32,000 nucleotides of DNA from an uncultured Bacteroidales bacterium (GTDB lineage: Bacteria > Bacteroidota > Bacteroidia > Bacteroidales > P3): NCBI GenBank assembly GCA_910586395.1, contig CAJUFX010000003.1, forward strand, positions 164,893 to 196,892, read 5' to 3'. The notes below the pieces were generated by a model. It made no database searches, was not told the origin of the DNA, and saw only the letters and a list, made by a program, of their open reading frames with translations. Position numbers and translations under genes: made by a program. Shown piece by piece: positions 7,034 to 14,784 of the stretch (its first letter is position 1; every line of letters starts with the position of its first letter).

Positions 7034-8179
7034 CTATTTTCTACAGGTCTCTACCGACCGCAACAGGTTTTCCGTTATATAATGTAACTGTTCCTCATCC
7101 AATTCGGTGTGCATCGGCAAGGACAAGACCGTTCGGCTCAGCCGTTCGCAGACCGGAAAGTCGCCGTCTCGGTAGCGGTCATCCCGATAGGCCTTTTGCA
7201 AATGCAAAGGGACGGGATAATATATCATGGCCGGAATACCGGCTTCGTTCAAGGCCGTCTGCAAGGCCGTACGATCCACTGTCTCATCCAACCGCACCGT
7301 ATATTGGTGGAAGATATGCGTGGAATAGGCGGCGCGTGCCGGCGTCTTCAACAAGGCGCAACCGGCCAGGACGCGGTCGTAAAAGCCGGCGGCACGGCGG
7401 CGCGCGGCGTTGTAATCGTCCAAATGCGGCAACTTGACGTCCAAGACGGCGGCCTGCAAGGTGTCCAGACGCGAATTGCAGCCGATTTCATCATGCCGGT
7501 AACGGACTTTCATGCCATGGTTTACGACCTGCCGCAACTTTTCGGCCAAACGGTCGTCTTGCGTGAAGAGCGCGCCGCCGTCGCCGTAGCAGCCCAAGTT
7601 CTTGGACGGGAAGAACGACGTGCAGCCGATTTCGCCCATCGTGCCGGCCTTGCAACGGCGGCCGTCTGGAAAAATATAGTCGGCGCCCATGGCCTGGCAG
7701 GCATCTTCAATTACATACAGGCCGTGCCGGTGCGCGATGTCGAGAATCTCCCGCATCGGCGCGCATTGCCCGAACAGATGGACGGGCACGATGGCTTTGG
7801 TGCGCGGCGTAATCGCGCGTTCGACGGCCGCGGGGTCCAGGTTGAACGTATCGGGCGATACATCAACGAGTACGGGCGTCAACCGCAGCAACGCGATGAC
7901 TTCGGCCGTGGCGGCGAACGTGAAATCGGCCGTGATGACTTCATCGCCGGGCTGTAGCCCCAAGGCCATCATGGCCGCCTGCAGGGCATCGGTACCGTTG
8001 CCGCAGGGAATGACGTGCTTGACCGACAGGTAATCGGCCAAATGGGCTGTAAACAACCTGACATCCTGCCCCTGGATAAAATCGGTACGATCCAGAATAC
8101 CGTTCCAGCGGGCGCTTATTTCCGACGCGATCTTTTGATACTGTCGCCGCAAATCCACCATCCGAATCGGTTCCTCCAT
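7034..8179 (-). CDS. DegT/DnrJ/EryC1/StrS family PLP-dependent sugar aminotransferase
   Basis: [13 protein letters not shown] at the N-terminus, then [23 protein letters not shown], and [16 protein letters not shown] containing the PLP lysine. 381 aa. Confidence 0.9.
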   Translation of the reverse strand: MEEPIRMVDLRRQYQKIASEISARWNGILDRTDFIQGQDVRLFTAHLADYLSVKHVIPCGNGTDALQAAMMALGLQPGDEVITADFTFAATAEVIALLRLTPVLVDVSPDTFNLDPAAVERAITPRTKAIVPVHLFGQCAPMREILDIAHRHGLYVIEDACQAMGADYIFPDGRRCKAGTMGEIGCTSFFPSKNLGCYGDGGALFTQDDRLAEKLRQVVNHGMKVRYRHDEIGCNSRLDTLQAAVLDVKLPHLDDYNAARRRAAGFYDRVLAGCALLKTPARAAYSTHIFHQYTVRLDETVDRTALQTALNEAGIPAMIYYPVPLHLQKAYRDDRYRDGDFPVCERLSRTVLSLPMHTELDEEQLHYITENLLRSVETCRK

Positions 8180-8253
8180 CGTCTTTTCCTATTCCTTGCA
8201 TTTCCGGCTGCCGACCGATTGTCCGGCCGGAAGCCAAATCCGTTTCAAGGGCA

Positions 8254-8261
8254 CAAAGGTA
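8254..8261 (-). promoter_or_regulatory. Bacteroidota -7 promoter box (TACCTTTG) for the aminotransferase gene
   Basis: Exact TAnnTTTG on the minus strand, about 75 nt upstream of the ATG at 8179. A TTCCGGC...GCCGGAA hairpin (8202-8232) lies in the leader. Confidence 0.45.
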
Positions 8262-8322
8262 ACTTTTTTTACGCTCAAGTACAACGGTTGCGCACCGGCT
8301 TGGCAAAACGGCCGAAAAAACT

Positions 8323-8330
8323 TAAATTTG
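8323..8330 (+). promoter_or_regulatory. Bacteroidota -7 promoter box (TAAATTTG) for guaA
   Basis: Exact TAnnTTTG match about 73 nt upstream of the ATG at 8403. Confidence 0.45.
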
Positions 8331-8402
8331 CGCGGCTCGAAAGAGTCGGTTCGGTTCATGAAGAACCGAATGCCCTCTAACTTAGAAATACGACTGAAAC
8401 CT

Positions 8403-9932
8403 ATGCAGGAACGTCTGCTGATTATTGATTTCGGCTCTCAATACACCCAGTTGATTGCGCGAAAGGTTCGGGAAAGCAATGTCTATTGCGAAATCCACCC
8501 GTTTCACAAACTGCCGCCGCTGACGCCCGACGTCAAGGGCGTCATTCTGTCCGGAAGTCCTTATTCCGTCAACAATCCGGAAGGACCTAAGCCGGATTTG
8601 AGCGTCTATCGCCAACACATCCCCGTGCTGGCGGTCTGCTACGGCGCGCAATATCTGGTTTATACGGATGGGGGCACCGTGGCTTCGGCCGCGCACCGCG
8701 AATACGGCCGCTCGCAACTGACTTATATGGACCGGAATTGTCCGCTTTTCGCCGATGTGCCCGACAACAGCCAGGTCTGGATGTCGCATGGCGACACGAT
8801 TACGAAAATGCCGGCCGGTTTCGATTTGATTTGCAGCACGCCGACCGTGGAAGCGGCCGGCTATAAAATCCAAGGGGAGGAGACCTACGCCCTGCAGTTC
8901 CATCCGGAAGTGTACCATTCGACCGACGGCCTCCGCATGCTCGGCAACTTTCTGCGGACGGTCTGCGGCTTCAGCGGCGACTTTACGCCGGAACATTTCG
9001 TGGAAAGCATCGTCCCGGCCCTGCGCGAACAGATCGGCGACGGCAAAGTCATCCTGGGCCTGTCGGGCGGCGTGGATTCGACGGTGGCGGCCGTGTTGCT
9101 CCACAAGGCCATCGGCGACCGGCTCTACGGCATCTTCATCGACAACGGCCTCCTGCGCAAGAACGAATATCAGGACGTATTGGCCTCGTTCGCCGGCATG
9201 GGGCTGCAAGTCAAGGGGGTGGACGCTTCCCAGACGTTCTACGCCGCGCTTAAGGGCGTGACCGACCCCGAAGCCAAACGGAAAGCCATCGGCAAGACGT
9301 TTATCGAAGTGTTCGAGCGCGAGGCCAAAGCCATAGAAGGCGCGACGTTTCTGGCACAGGGCACGATTTACCCCGATGTCATCGAGTCGGTTTCGGTCAA
9401 AGGCCCTTCGATGACGATCAAGTCACACCACAACGTGGGCGGTTTGCCTGAAAAAATGAACCTCAAGATTGTGGAACCCCTGCGCACGCTGTTCAAGGAC
9501 GAAGTGCGCCGCGTGGGCAAGAGCCTGAACATCGATCCGGCCTTGCTGGGACGGCATCCGTTTCCGGGCCCCGGCTTGGCCATCCGCATCCTGGGCGAAA
9601 TAACGGCCGAAAAGGTCGCGCTCTTGCAAGAAGCGGACGCGATTTTCATCAACGCGTTGCGGCGGCACAATCTGTACGACAAGGTATGGCAGGCCGGAAC
9701 GGTACTGCTGCCCATTTATTCGGTCGGTGTCATGGGCGATGAACGGACCTACGAACAGGTCGTGGCCTTGCGCGCCGTACAATCGATCGACGGCATGACG
9801 GCCGACTGGAGTCCGTTGCCTCACGACGTGCTGGCCGAAATCTCCAACGAAATCATCAACAAAGTGCGGGGCATCAACCGCGTCGTGTACGACATCAGTT
9901 CCAAACCGCCCTCCACGATTGAATGGGAATAA
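8403..9932 (+). CDS. guaA: GMP synthase (glutamine-hydrolysing)
   Basis: [20 protein letters not shown] (GATase N-terminus), [12 protein letters not shown] (ATP pyrophosphatase P-loop) and the C-terminal PPSTIEWE. I moved the start to the ATG at 8403, giving 509 aa, the typical GuaA length. The ORF-track extension from 8196 lies upstream of the promoter box. Confidence 0.95.
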   Translation: MQERLLIIDFGSQYTQLIARKVRESNVYCEIHPFHKLPPLTPDVKGVILSGSPYSVNNPEGPKPDLSVYRQHIPVLAVCYGAQYLVYTDGGTVASAAHREYGRSQLTYMDRNCPLFADVPDNSQVWMSHGDTITKMPAGFDLICSTPTVEAAGYKIQGEETYALQFHPEVYHSTDGLRMLGNFLRTVCGFSGDFTPEHFVESIVPALREQIGDGKVILGLSGGVDSTVAAVLLHKAIGDRLYGIFIDNGLLRKNEYQDVLASFAGMGLQVKGVDASQTFYAALKGVTDPEAKRKAIGKTFIEVFEREAKAIEGATFLAQGTIYPDVIESVSVKGPSMTIKSHHNVGGLPEKMNLKIVEPLRTLFKDEVRRVGKSLNIDPALLGRHPFPGPGLAIRILGEITAEKVALLQEADAIFINALRRHNLYDKVWQAGTVLLPIYSVGVMGDERTYEQVVALRAVQSIDGMTADWSPLPHDVLAEISNEIINKVRGINRVVYDISSKPPSTIEWE

Positions 9933-9939
9933 GAATAGT

Positions 9940-11664
9940 ATGAAAACGCTGTTTGGAAAATACATCGGCGGAGTTTTTTGCCTGCTGGTTGCATCAAGTC
10001 TGTTTCCGTTGCGGGCTCAGACACCGGCCTCTACTTTCGTGCCGGCTCCCGTCACGGTTTCTTCGTTAATAGACACGGTGGACGGCGACCTGTACCGCGT
10101 GCATGTCGTACAAAGCGGCCATACGCTTTATTCGATCGCGCGTGCCTACAACGTCAAACTGGGGGAAATTGTCAAAAATTCCCAAGGCGACACGGTCCGC
10201 ATAGGGGAGACACTCTACATTCCTTATAAGAAACGTGTCAAGGCGGAGGCACCGGCCGCCGATACCTTTTATGTAGGCGAACGGCCGGCCGTTTTCCTGC
10301 CGGACAGCCTGACACCGGCCACCGACACGCTTTTGACGGTGGATTCCACGGAGTCGGCCGAAACGGGTTTACCCGTCTGCCTTTGGGGAAACGACACGAT
10401 TGTTTTGGCGGAAACGTCAACCGGCTCATTGTGGGACAGCCTGTTCGAGAACCTCAAGCACAAAGAAAGCCTTTCGGTGGCCATATTGTTGCCGCTTTAT
10501 CTGAACGATACGCTTGACCCGCCCTTGCGTTCGTATGCCTATCTGCCGTTTTTGGAAGGCTGGCTGACGGCTCATGGCGAACGGTTGTCGGTACCGAACG
10601 ACAGTACGGCGCCGATCGTCCGTTACCGGATATGGGATGTGACTGACAAGGCCGAATCGGTGGACAAAGCCTTGAACGATCCGGCTTTGGCGCAGGCTGA
10701 TTTTCTGGTGGCCGCCGTCTATACGAAAGTATTCGATACGATACGCCGCTTCGCACAGGCGCACCGTCAGCCGTTGATTCATCCGTTGACGGAACAGGAT
10801 TCGGCGGCGGCCGGTAATCCGTTCTACATTCAATGCATGCCGGCTTACGAGACGCAGACCGAAGCCATGCACGTTTTCCTGAAGCGGGAGTTTGCACCGG
10901 AACGTTACCGCTATGTATTGTTCGACGACTCGACGGCTTTCTTTCGCAAACGGGCTCAACAATTGTACAACCGCCTGACGGCCGATACGACAGAAAACAC
11001 CGACGTATTGCATTACAGCCTGTCGCCGGCCCGCATGGGGCAATTCGAACCGGTATTCGACAGTCTGTTTGCGCCGCGGGCAGCCAAACCGACCGTATTT
11101 GTCGGCTGTACCGATAAGGAAATCGCGTTGCTGAACGTTTTGATCGCATTACGTCAATCCGGAGGTCCGGCCGAAAAAATATTCATCGGCCCTTCGCGTT
11201 GGATGTCGTTCACGAAAATCGAACCTGAATATTTCAAAAACCTGCGTTTAATCTGCTACCAACCGTTTTATTGGGATAAGGACAGCGAAGCTTCGTTGCG
11301 TTTTGAAAAACATTATTACGAACATTTCGGCGTTCTGCCTTCGGATTTGGCCTATAAAGGTTACACGTGCCATAGATGGTTTTGCGACATGGTGCGCGCC
11401 AGCAACGTGACGGCCGACCCGTTCGGCCGCAACCGTTGGCGTATCAGGGAGACGGGCGGTTGGGAAAATACGCGTCTGTTCTGGCTGGAATTGAAAGACC
11501 ACGCCTTTGTCCTTTGGCCGGAACCTTTGCCGGAACCGGAAGACCATATCATGGCACCAGAGGCGGAGCCGATACCCGGACTTGAACCGGAATCCACCGC
11601 CGGAAAATCGGACAGCGACCGCGAACGGGACAAATCCGGTTCGAAACGGGAACGCTCTATTTGA
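9940..11664 (+). CDS. Secreted LysM domain protein with a large C-terminal periplasmic-binding-protein-like region
   Basis: Signal peptide MKTLFGKYIGGVFCLLVASSLFPLRAQ. LysM motif YRVHVVQSGHTLYSIARAYNVKLGEIVKNS...GETLYIP. The identity of the remaining ~450 aa is tentative. Low-complexity charged C-terminus. The start is 7 nt after the guaA stop. Confidence 0.8.
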   Translation: MKTLFGKYIGGVFCLLVASSLFPLRAQTPASTFVPAPVTVSSLIDTVDGDLYRVHVVQSGHTLYSIARAYNVKLGEIVKNSQGDTVRIGETLYIPYKKRVKAEAPAADTFYVGERPAVFLPDSLTPATDTLLTVDSTESAETGLPVCLWGNDTIVLAETSTGSLWDSLFENLKHKESLSVAILLPLYLNDTLDPPLRSYAYLPFLEGWLTAHGERLSVPNDSTAPIVRYRIWDVTDKAESVDKALNDPALAQADFLVAAVYTKVFDTIRRFAQAHRQPLIHPLTEQDSAAAGNPFYIQCMPAYETQTEAMHVFLKREFAPERYRYVLFDDSTAFFRKRAQQLYNRLTADTTENTDVLHYSLSPARMGQFEPVFDSLFAPRAAKPTVFVGCTDKEIALLNVLIALRQSGGPAEKIFIGPSRWMSFTKIEPEYFKNLRLICYQPFYWDKDSEASLRFEKHYYEHFGVLPSDLAYKGYTCHRWFCDMVRASNVTADPFGRNRWRIRETGGWENTRLFWLELKDHAFVLWPEPLPEPEDHIMAPEAEPIPGLEPESTAGKSDSDRERDKSGSKRERSI

Positions 11665-11694
11665 TATTTTGAAAACAAACAAAACACATTTATT

Positions 11695-13491
11695 ATGAAA
11701 CGTTTAAGCAATATATGCCTCGGCCTGTTTCTATTGGCGGGCGCAACGGCTTTGGCGCAGGAAGCCCCGACGATGGTTTCCACCGAGCCGCAGAACCGCA
11801 AGATTCTCATAGAAGAGTTTACGGGCATCGGTTGCGGCAACTGCCCGCGGGCGCATAAAACGTCCAACCGCATCGTGGACGACCATCCGGGTTCGGCCTT
11901 TGTCATCAATATCCACCAAGGGGGATATGCCACGGATAAAAATCCCGACCTGACGACCGCCTGGGGGGATGCGCTTTTCAATCAGAGCGGAGCGGCCGCT
12001 TACCCGAACGGCACCATCAACCGTCATGTTTTCGAGGGTGACGTGTTGGCGATTTTCGACACCAAATGGGCGGCCACGGCACCGGAAGTCCTGAAAATGC
12101 CGTCTTACGTCAATGTGGCGGCCAAGGCCACGATGGACTGGAATCAACGTAAAATCATGGTGGAAGTCGAAGTTTATTATACGGCGGATCCGGGCGACGC
12201 GACGTCCAACTTCATCAACGTCGCGCTGTTGCAGGACAATATCCGCGGCGACCAATCCAATATGGCCATGAATCCGGATCAGGTTATAGGCGGGCAGTAC
12301 AATCACATGCACGCGTTGCGCGACCTGTTGACGGGGCAATGGGGCGAAGAAATCACCGGCTTGGCCAAAGGCACGCTTGTCAAAAAGACCTTTGCCAAAG
12401 AATTGCCCGAAGCCATCAAGGGGGTTGATCTGAAACTGGAAGACTTATCCGTTATCGCTTTCGTGACGGAATCGCATACGGAAGTCATGAATGTCTGCAA
12501 GGCCGAAATGACCCATGTCGGCGCGCCTTCCCATATCGTGCGGTTGCTGGACGCCGAATCGCAGCCCTATAACGCTTGTACGGCCGAAGGCAAAGCCTTG
12601 CTACGTATCAGCAATGTCTTGAGCGATAAAGATATTATGGATTTCACGATAGAGGCGACTTCCGCCGCCGGCACACAGGTCTTCAACTTCGAACCGGCCG
12701 ACTTTGCGGTCGGCACGACCGAAACCGTTGAAGTAGGACCGTTCCCGATAATCTGGAATCGCCATGACGACGTAACGTTCCGTCTGACCAAAGTCAACGG
12801 CGAAGCCTATACGTGGACCGACCGGAATTCGACGGCCGCTCCCGTCATCAAATGGGGCGGCGACGTATTGAATACCTTGGTTCCGGCGACATTGGACCTT
12901 GTACAGGATCAATTCGGTTCCGACATCACGTGGACACTGACGCGTGGCGAGGACGTGTTGCAGAAAGGCGGACCGTACCGTGACTTGCAAAACGTCGGCA
13001 TACGTACGAATACGGTTCCGCTGACGGAAGCGACGGCGGACGGCTGTTATGTCCTGACGGTATTCGATAAAAACGGAGACGGCATCCACACGGATAAAGG
13101 CGAAGGTTATATCGAAATTAAAAACGCTTCCGGTGCCGTTATCTCACACATGGACGGCAAATACGACTCGAGCGTTCAAATCTACATTCATGTAACCGAC
13201 CATGTGGCCAACGAAAAGACACCGGTTGCCACGTTTGACCTGGCGATCAATCCCAATCCGGTTGCCTCGGCCGATGCCGCGTTATGTTTCTCCACCGAAA
13301 AGGCGGAAGAGTTGACGGTGGCGATATACAACTTGAGCGGTCTGCGCGTAGGTAACCCGTTGCGTTACAGAGCCCAGGCGGGCCGACAACAGATCAGTCT
13401 GCCGACGGCGCAACTCCGGACAGGTCTCTATATGGTGGTCGTAAGCGGAGAGGATGGCCGCCGCGCGGCTTGCAAACTCGTGGTCCGTTAG
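11695..13491 (+). CDS. T9SS cargo protein: Omp28-related/thioredoxin-fold-like N-terminal domain plus T9SS C-terminal sorting domain
   Basis: Signal peptide, then ILIEEFTGIGCGNCP near the N-terminus as in Omp28-related proteins. The C-terminal ~80 aa (LAINPNPVASADAAL...TVAIYNLSGLRV...LPTAQLRTGLYMVVV...KLVVR) match the type A Por secretion tail pattern. Confidence 0.85.
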   Translation: MKRLSNICLGLFLLAGATALAQEAPTMVSTEPQNRKILIEEFTGIGCGNCPRAHKTSNRIVDDHPGSAFVINIHQGGYATDKNPDLTTAWGDALFNQSGAAAYPNGTINRHVFEGDVLAIFDTKWAATAPEVLKMPSYVNVAAKATMDWNQRKIMVEVEVYYTADPGDATSNFINVALLQDNIRGDQSNMAMNPDQVIGGQYNHMHALRDLLTGQWGEEITGLAKGTLVKKTFAKELPEAIKGVDLKLEDLSVIAFVTESHTEVMNVCKAEMTHVGAPSHIVRLLDAESQPYNACTAEGKALLRISNVLSDKDIMDFTIEATSAAGTQVFNFEPADFAVGTTETVEVGPFPIIWNRHDDVTFRLTKVNGEAYTWTDRNSTAAPVIKWGGDVLNTLVPATLDLVQDQFGSDITWTLTRGEDVLQKGGPYRDLQNVGIRTNTVPLTEATADGCYVLTVFDKNGDGIHTDKGEGYIEIKNASGAVISHMDGKYDSSVQIYIHVTDHVANEKTPVATFDLAINPNPVASADAALCFSTEKAEELTVAIYNLSGLRVGNPLRYRAQAGRQQISLPTAQLRTGLYMVVVSGEDGRRAACKLVVR

Positions 13492-13511
13492 GATAAGGGG
13501 CCCCGAAAAGA

Positions 13512-13546
13512 AAAAGGCTTGGTTATTAAACCAAGCCTTTTTTGTT
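13512..13546. terminator. Bidirectional rho-independent terminator
   Basis: Perfect stem AAAAGGCTTGGTT / AACCAAGCCTTTT with a 4-nt loop. It is flanked by an A-run and a T-run, so it can serve the plus-strand cargo gene and the minus-strand tRNA. Confidence 0.8.
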
Positions 13547-13547
13547 T

Positions 13548-13624
13548 TGGTAGCGGGAACGAGAGTTGAACTCGTGACCTCCGGGTTATGAATCCGACGC
13601 TCTAACCAACTGAGCTATCCCGCC
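13548..13624 (-). tRNA. tRNA with anticodon CAT (elongator Met; a lysidine-modified Ile2 cannot be excluded)
   Basis: The minus strand reads GGCGGGA TA GCTC AGTTGGTTA GAGC G TCGGA TTCATAA CCCGG AGGTC ACGAG TTCAACT CTCGT TCCCGCT A CCA. CCA is encoded. It lacks initiator features (no GGG/CCC anticodon stem). Confidence 0.9.
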
Positions 13625-13669
13625 GAAAGATGGGGGGAACGTAACCGCACCCGACCTTCAAACAAGGTG

Positions 13670-13677
13670 CAAAAATA
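13670..13677 (-). promoter_or_regulatory. Bacteroidota -7 promoter box (TATTTTTG) for the CAT-anticodon tRNA
   Basis: Exact TAnnTTTG on the minus strand, about 45 nt upstream of the tRNA 5' end. Confidence 0.45.
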
Positions 13678-13688
13678 GTGCTAAATTT

Positions 13689-14774
13689 TTAAAAAAGCAA
13701 GTCGCCCGCCAAGATCAGCTGTACAAACGCGACATTGCCGTTGAAATCGGTGGCCGTTACAACCAAACGGTAATGCCGCCGCGGTTCGGCTACAAGACAG
13801 CCCCCGTCTTTGTAGCGCGTGTAGGGCGTATAGGCCAAGGTTTCGTCCACCCGGCTCAACTCGATGCGGCCGCCTTGCATGCGATAATAAACCGTGTCGA
13901 TATGCGTCGCGATGCTACCGCTGTGGCAGAGCGGCAGGCTGTCCCAACGGTAATGGGCGAGGGTGTCGCCGTCCACCTGAAAGGTCAGCGCGTAGAGCCC
14001 ATAGTGGAATTTCAGTTTCTCGATGCTGTCCAAGGCCTCCAGGCCGAAGCTGATGCGGCCGGCCACGCGGCAGGTGTCCGGCAACTCCGCCATAGACAGA
14101 TAGAGCGGTTCGGAACGGCCGTTTATCCGACTGGCGGTATCCACCGGATAAACGGCCAAGGTCTTGAGGTTGGGTGCCGTCCGATCGGCGACTGTCCATC
14201 CTTTGAGACAGGGATTGATTAAAAACGCCGAATCCTCGTCGGTTCCGTTGCGCCATTCAAAATGCAGGTGCGGACCGCCCGAGGCACCGGTATTGCCGCT
14301 CCGCGCGACGACTTGGCCTTGCTGAACCGGCATGACCCAATCGGTCAAGACGATATCGGCTTCATCCCGCCGCTTGGGCATTTTCAGTTTCCGTATGCGC
14401 AACATCCGTTCTATATCCGGATGAAAACGCGAAAGATGGGCATAGACGCTGACTTCTCCGCCGTCATGCCGCACATACAGCACTTTGCCGTAACCTTTGG
14501 CCGAAAGCCCTATCTTGTAAATTTCCCCGTCCGCCACGCTGCGTACGCGCAAGCCGCACCGCTGCTGCGTTCTGAAGTCAAGACCGCCGTGATAATGCGT
14601 GCGGCGCAATTCAGCGAAACTGCCGGATATCTGCGGCCTGACAAACAGCGGATAGGGCAGGCGGCCGTCCAAGCCCGTAACCGTCTGCCGTCCCCTGGCT
14701 TCTGCGGCGAACGACCACAAAACCAGCAATAAGACGGCCGTCTTTTTATAAAACCTCCGATTGAACATAGTCAT
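13689..14774 (-). CDS. M23 family metallopeptidase (peptidoglycan DD-endopeptidase type) with a beta-rich C-terminal extension
   Basis: Signal peptide MTMFNRRFYKKTAVLLLVLWSFAAEA. Catalytic motifs HYHGGLDF (HxxxD) and GNTGASGGPHLHFEWR (HxH). I trimmed the start from the ORF-track 15140 to the ATG at 14774 (or 14768), just after the upstream gene's stop at 14785. Confidence 0.9.
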   Translation of the reverse strand: MTMFNRRFYKKTAVLLLVLWSFAAEARGRQTVTGLDGRLPYPLFVRPQISGSFAELRRTHYHGGLDFRTQQRCGLRVRSVADGEIYKIGLSAKGYGKVLYVRHDGGEVSVYAHLSRFHPDIERMLRIRKLKMPKRRDEADIVLTDWVMPVQQGQVVARSGNTGASGGPHLHFEWRNGTDEDSAFLINPCLKGWTVADRTAPNLKTLAVYPVDTASRINGRSEPLYLSMAELPDTCRVAGRISFGLEALDSIEKLKFHYGLYALTFQVDGDTLAHYRWDSLPLCHSGSIATHIDTVYYRMQGGRIELSRVDETLAYTPYTRYKDGGCLVAEPRRHYRLVVTATDFNGNVAFVQLILAGDLLF

Positions 14775-14784
14775 CAAACCGGCA

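Noticed and set aside
6916-7437. 173-aa plus-strand ORF
   Set aside because: It begins inside the tRNA-Arg gene and runs antisense to the DegT aminotransferase, with a Arg/Pro-rich junk translation.
7109-7957. 282-aa plus-strand ORF; likewise 8382-9209 (minus), 10426-11043 and 10454-11149 (minus), 11731-12339 (minus)
   Set aside because: All are antisense to well-supported genes (DegT, guaA, the LysM protein, the T9SS cargo protein) and have no recognisable motifs.
8196-8402. 69-codon upstream extension of guaA
   Set aside because: The extension has no similarity to GuaA N-termini and starts upstream of the predicted promoter box. The start at 8403 gives the canonical length and N-terminus.
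8331-8402. Possible purine riboswitch upstream of guaA
   Set aside because: The leader is too short, and I could not find the conserved purine-aptamer junction sequences. Only a simple hairpin is present.
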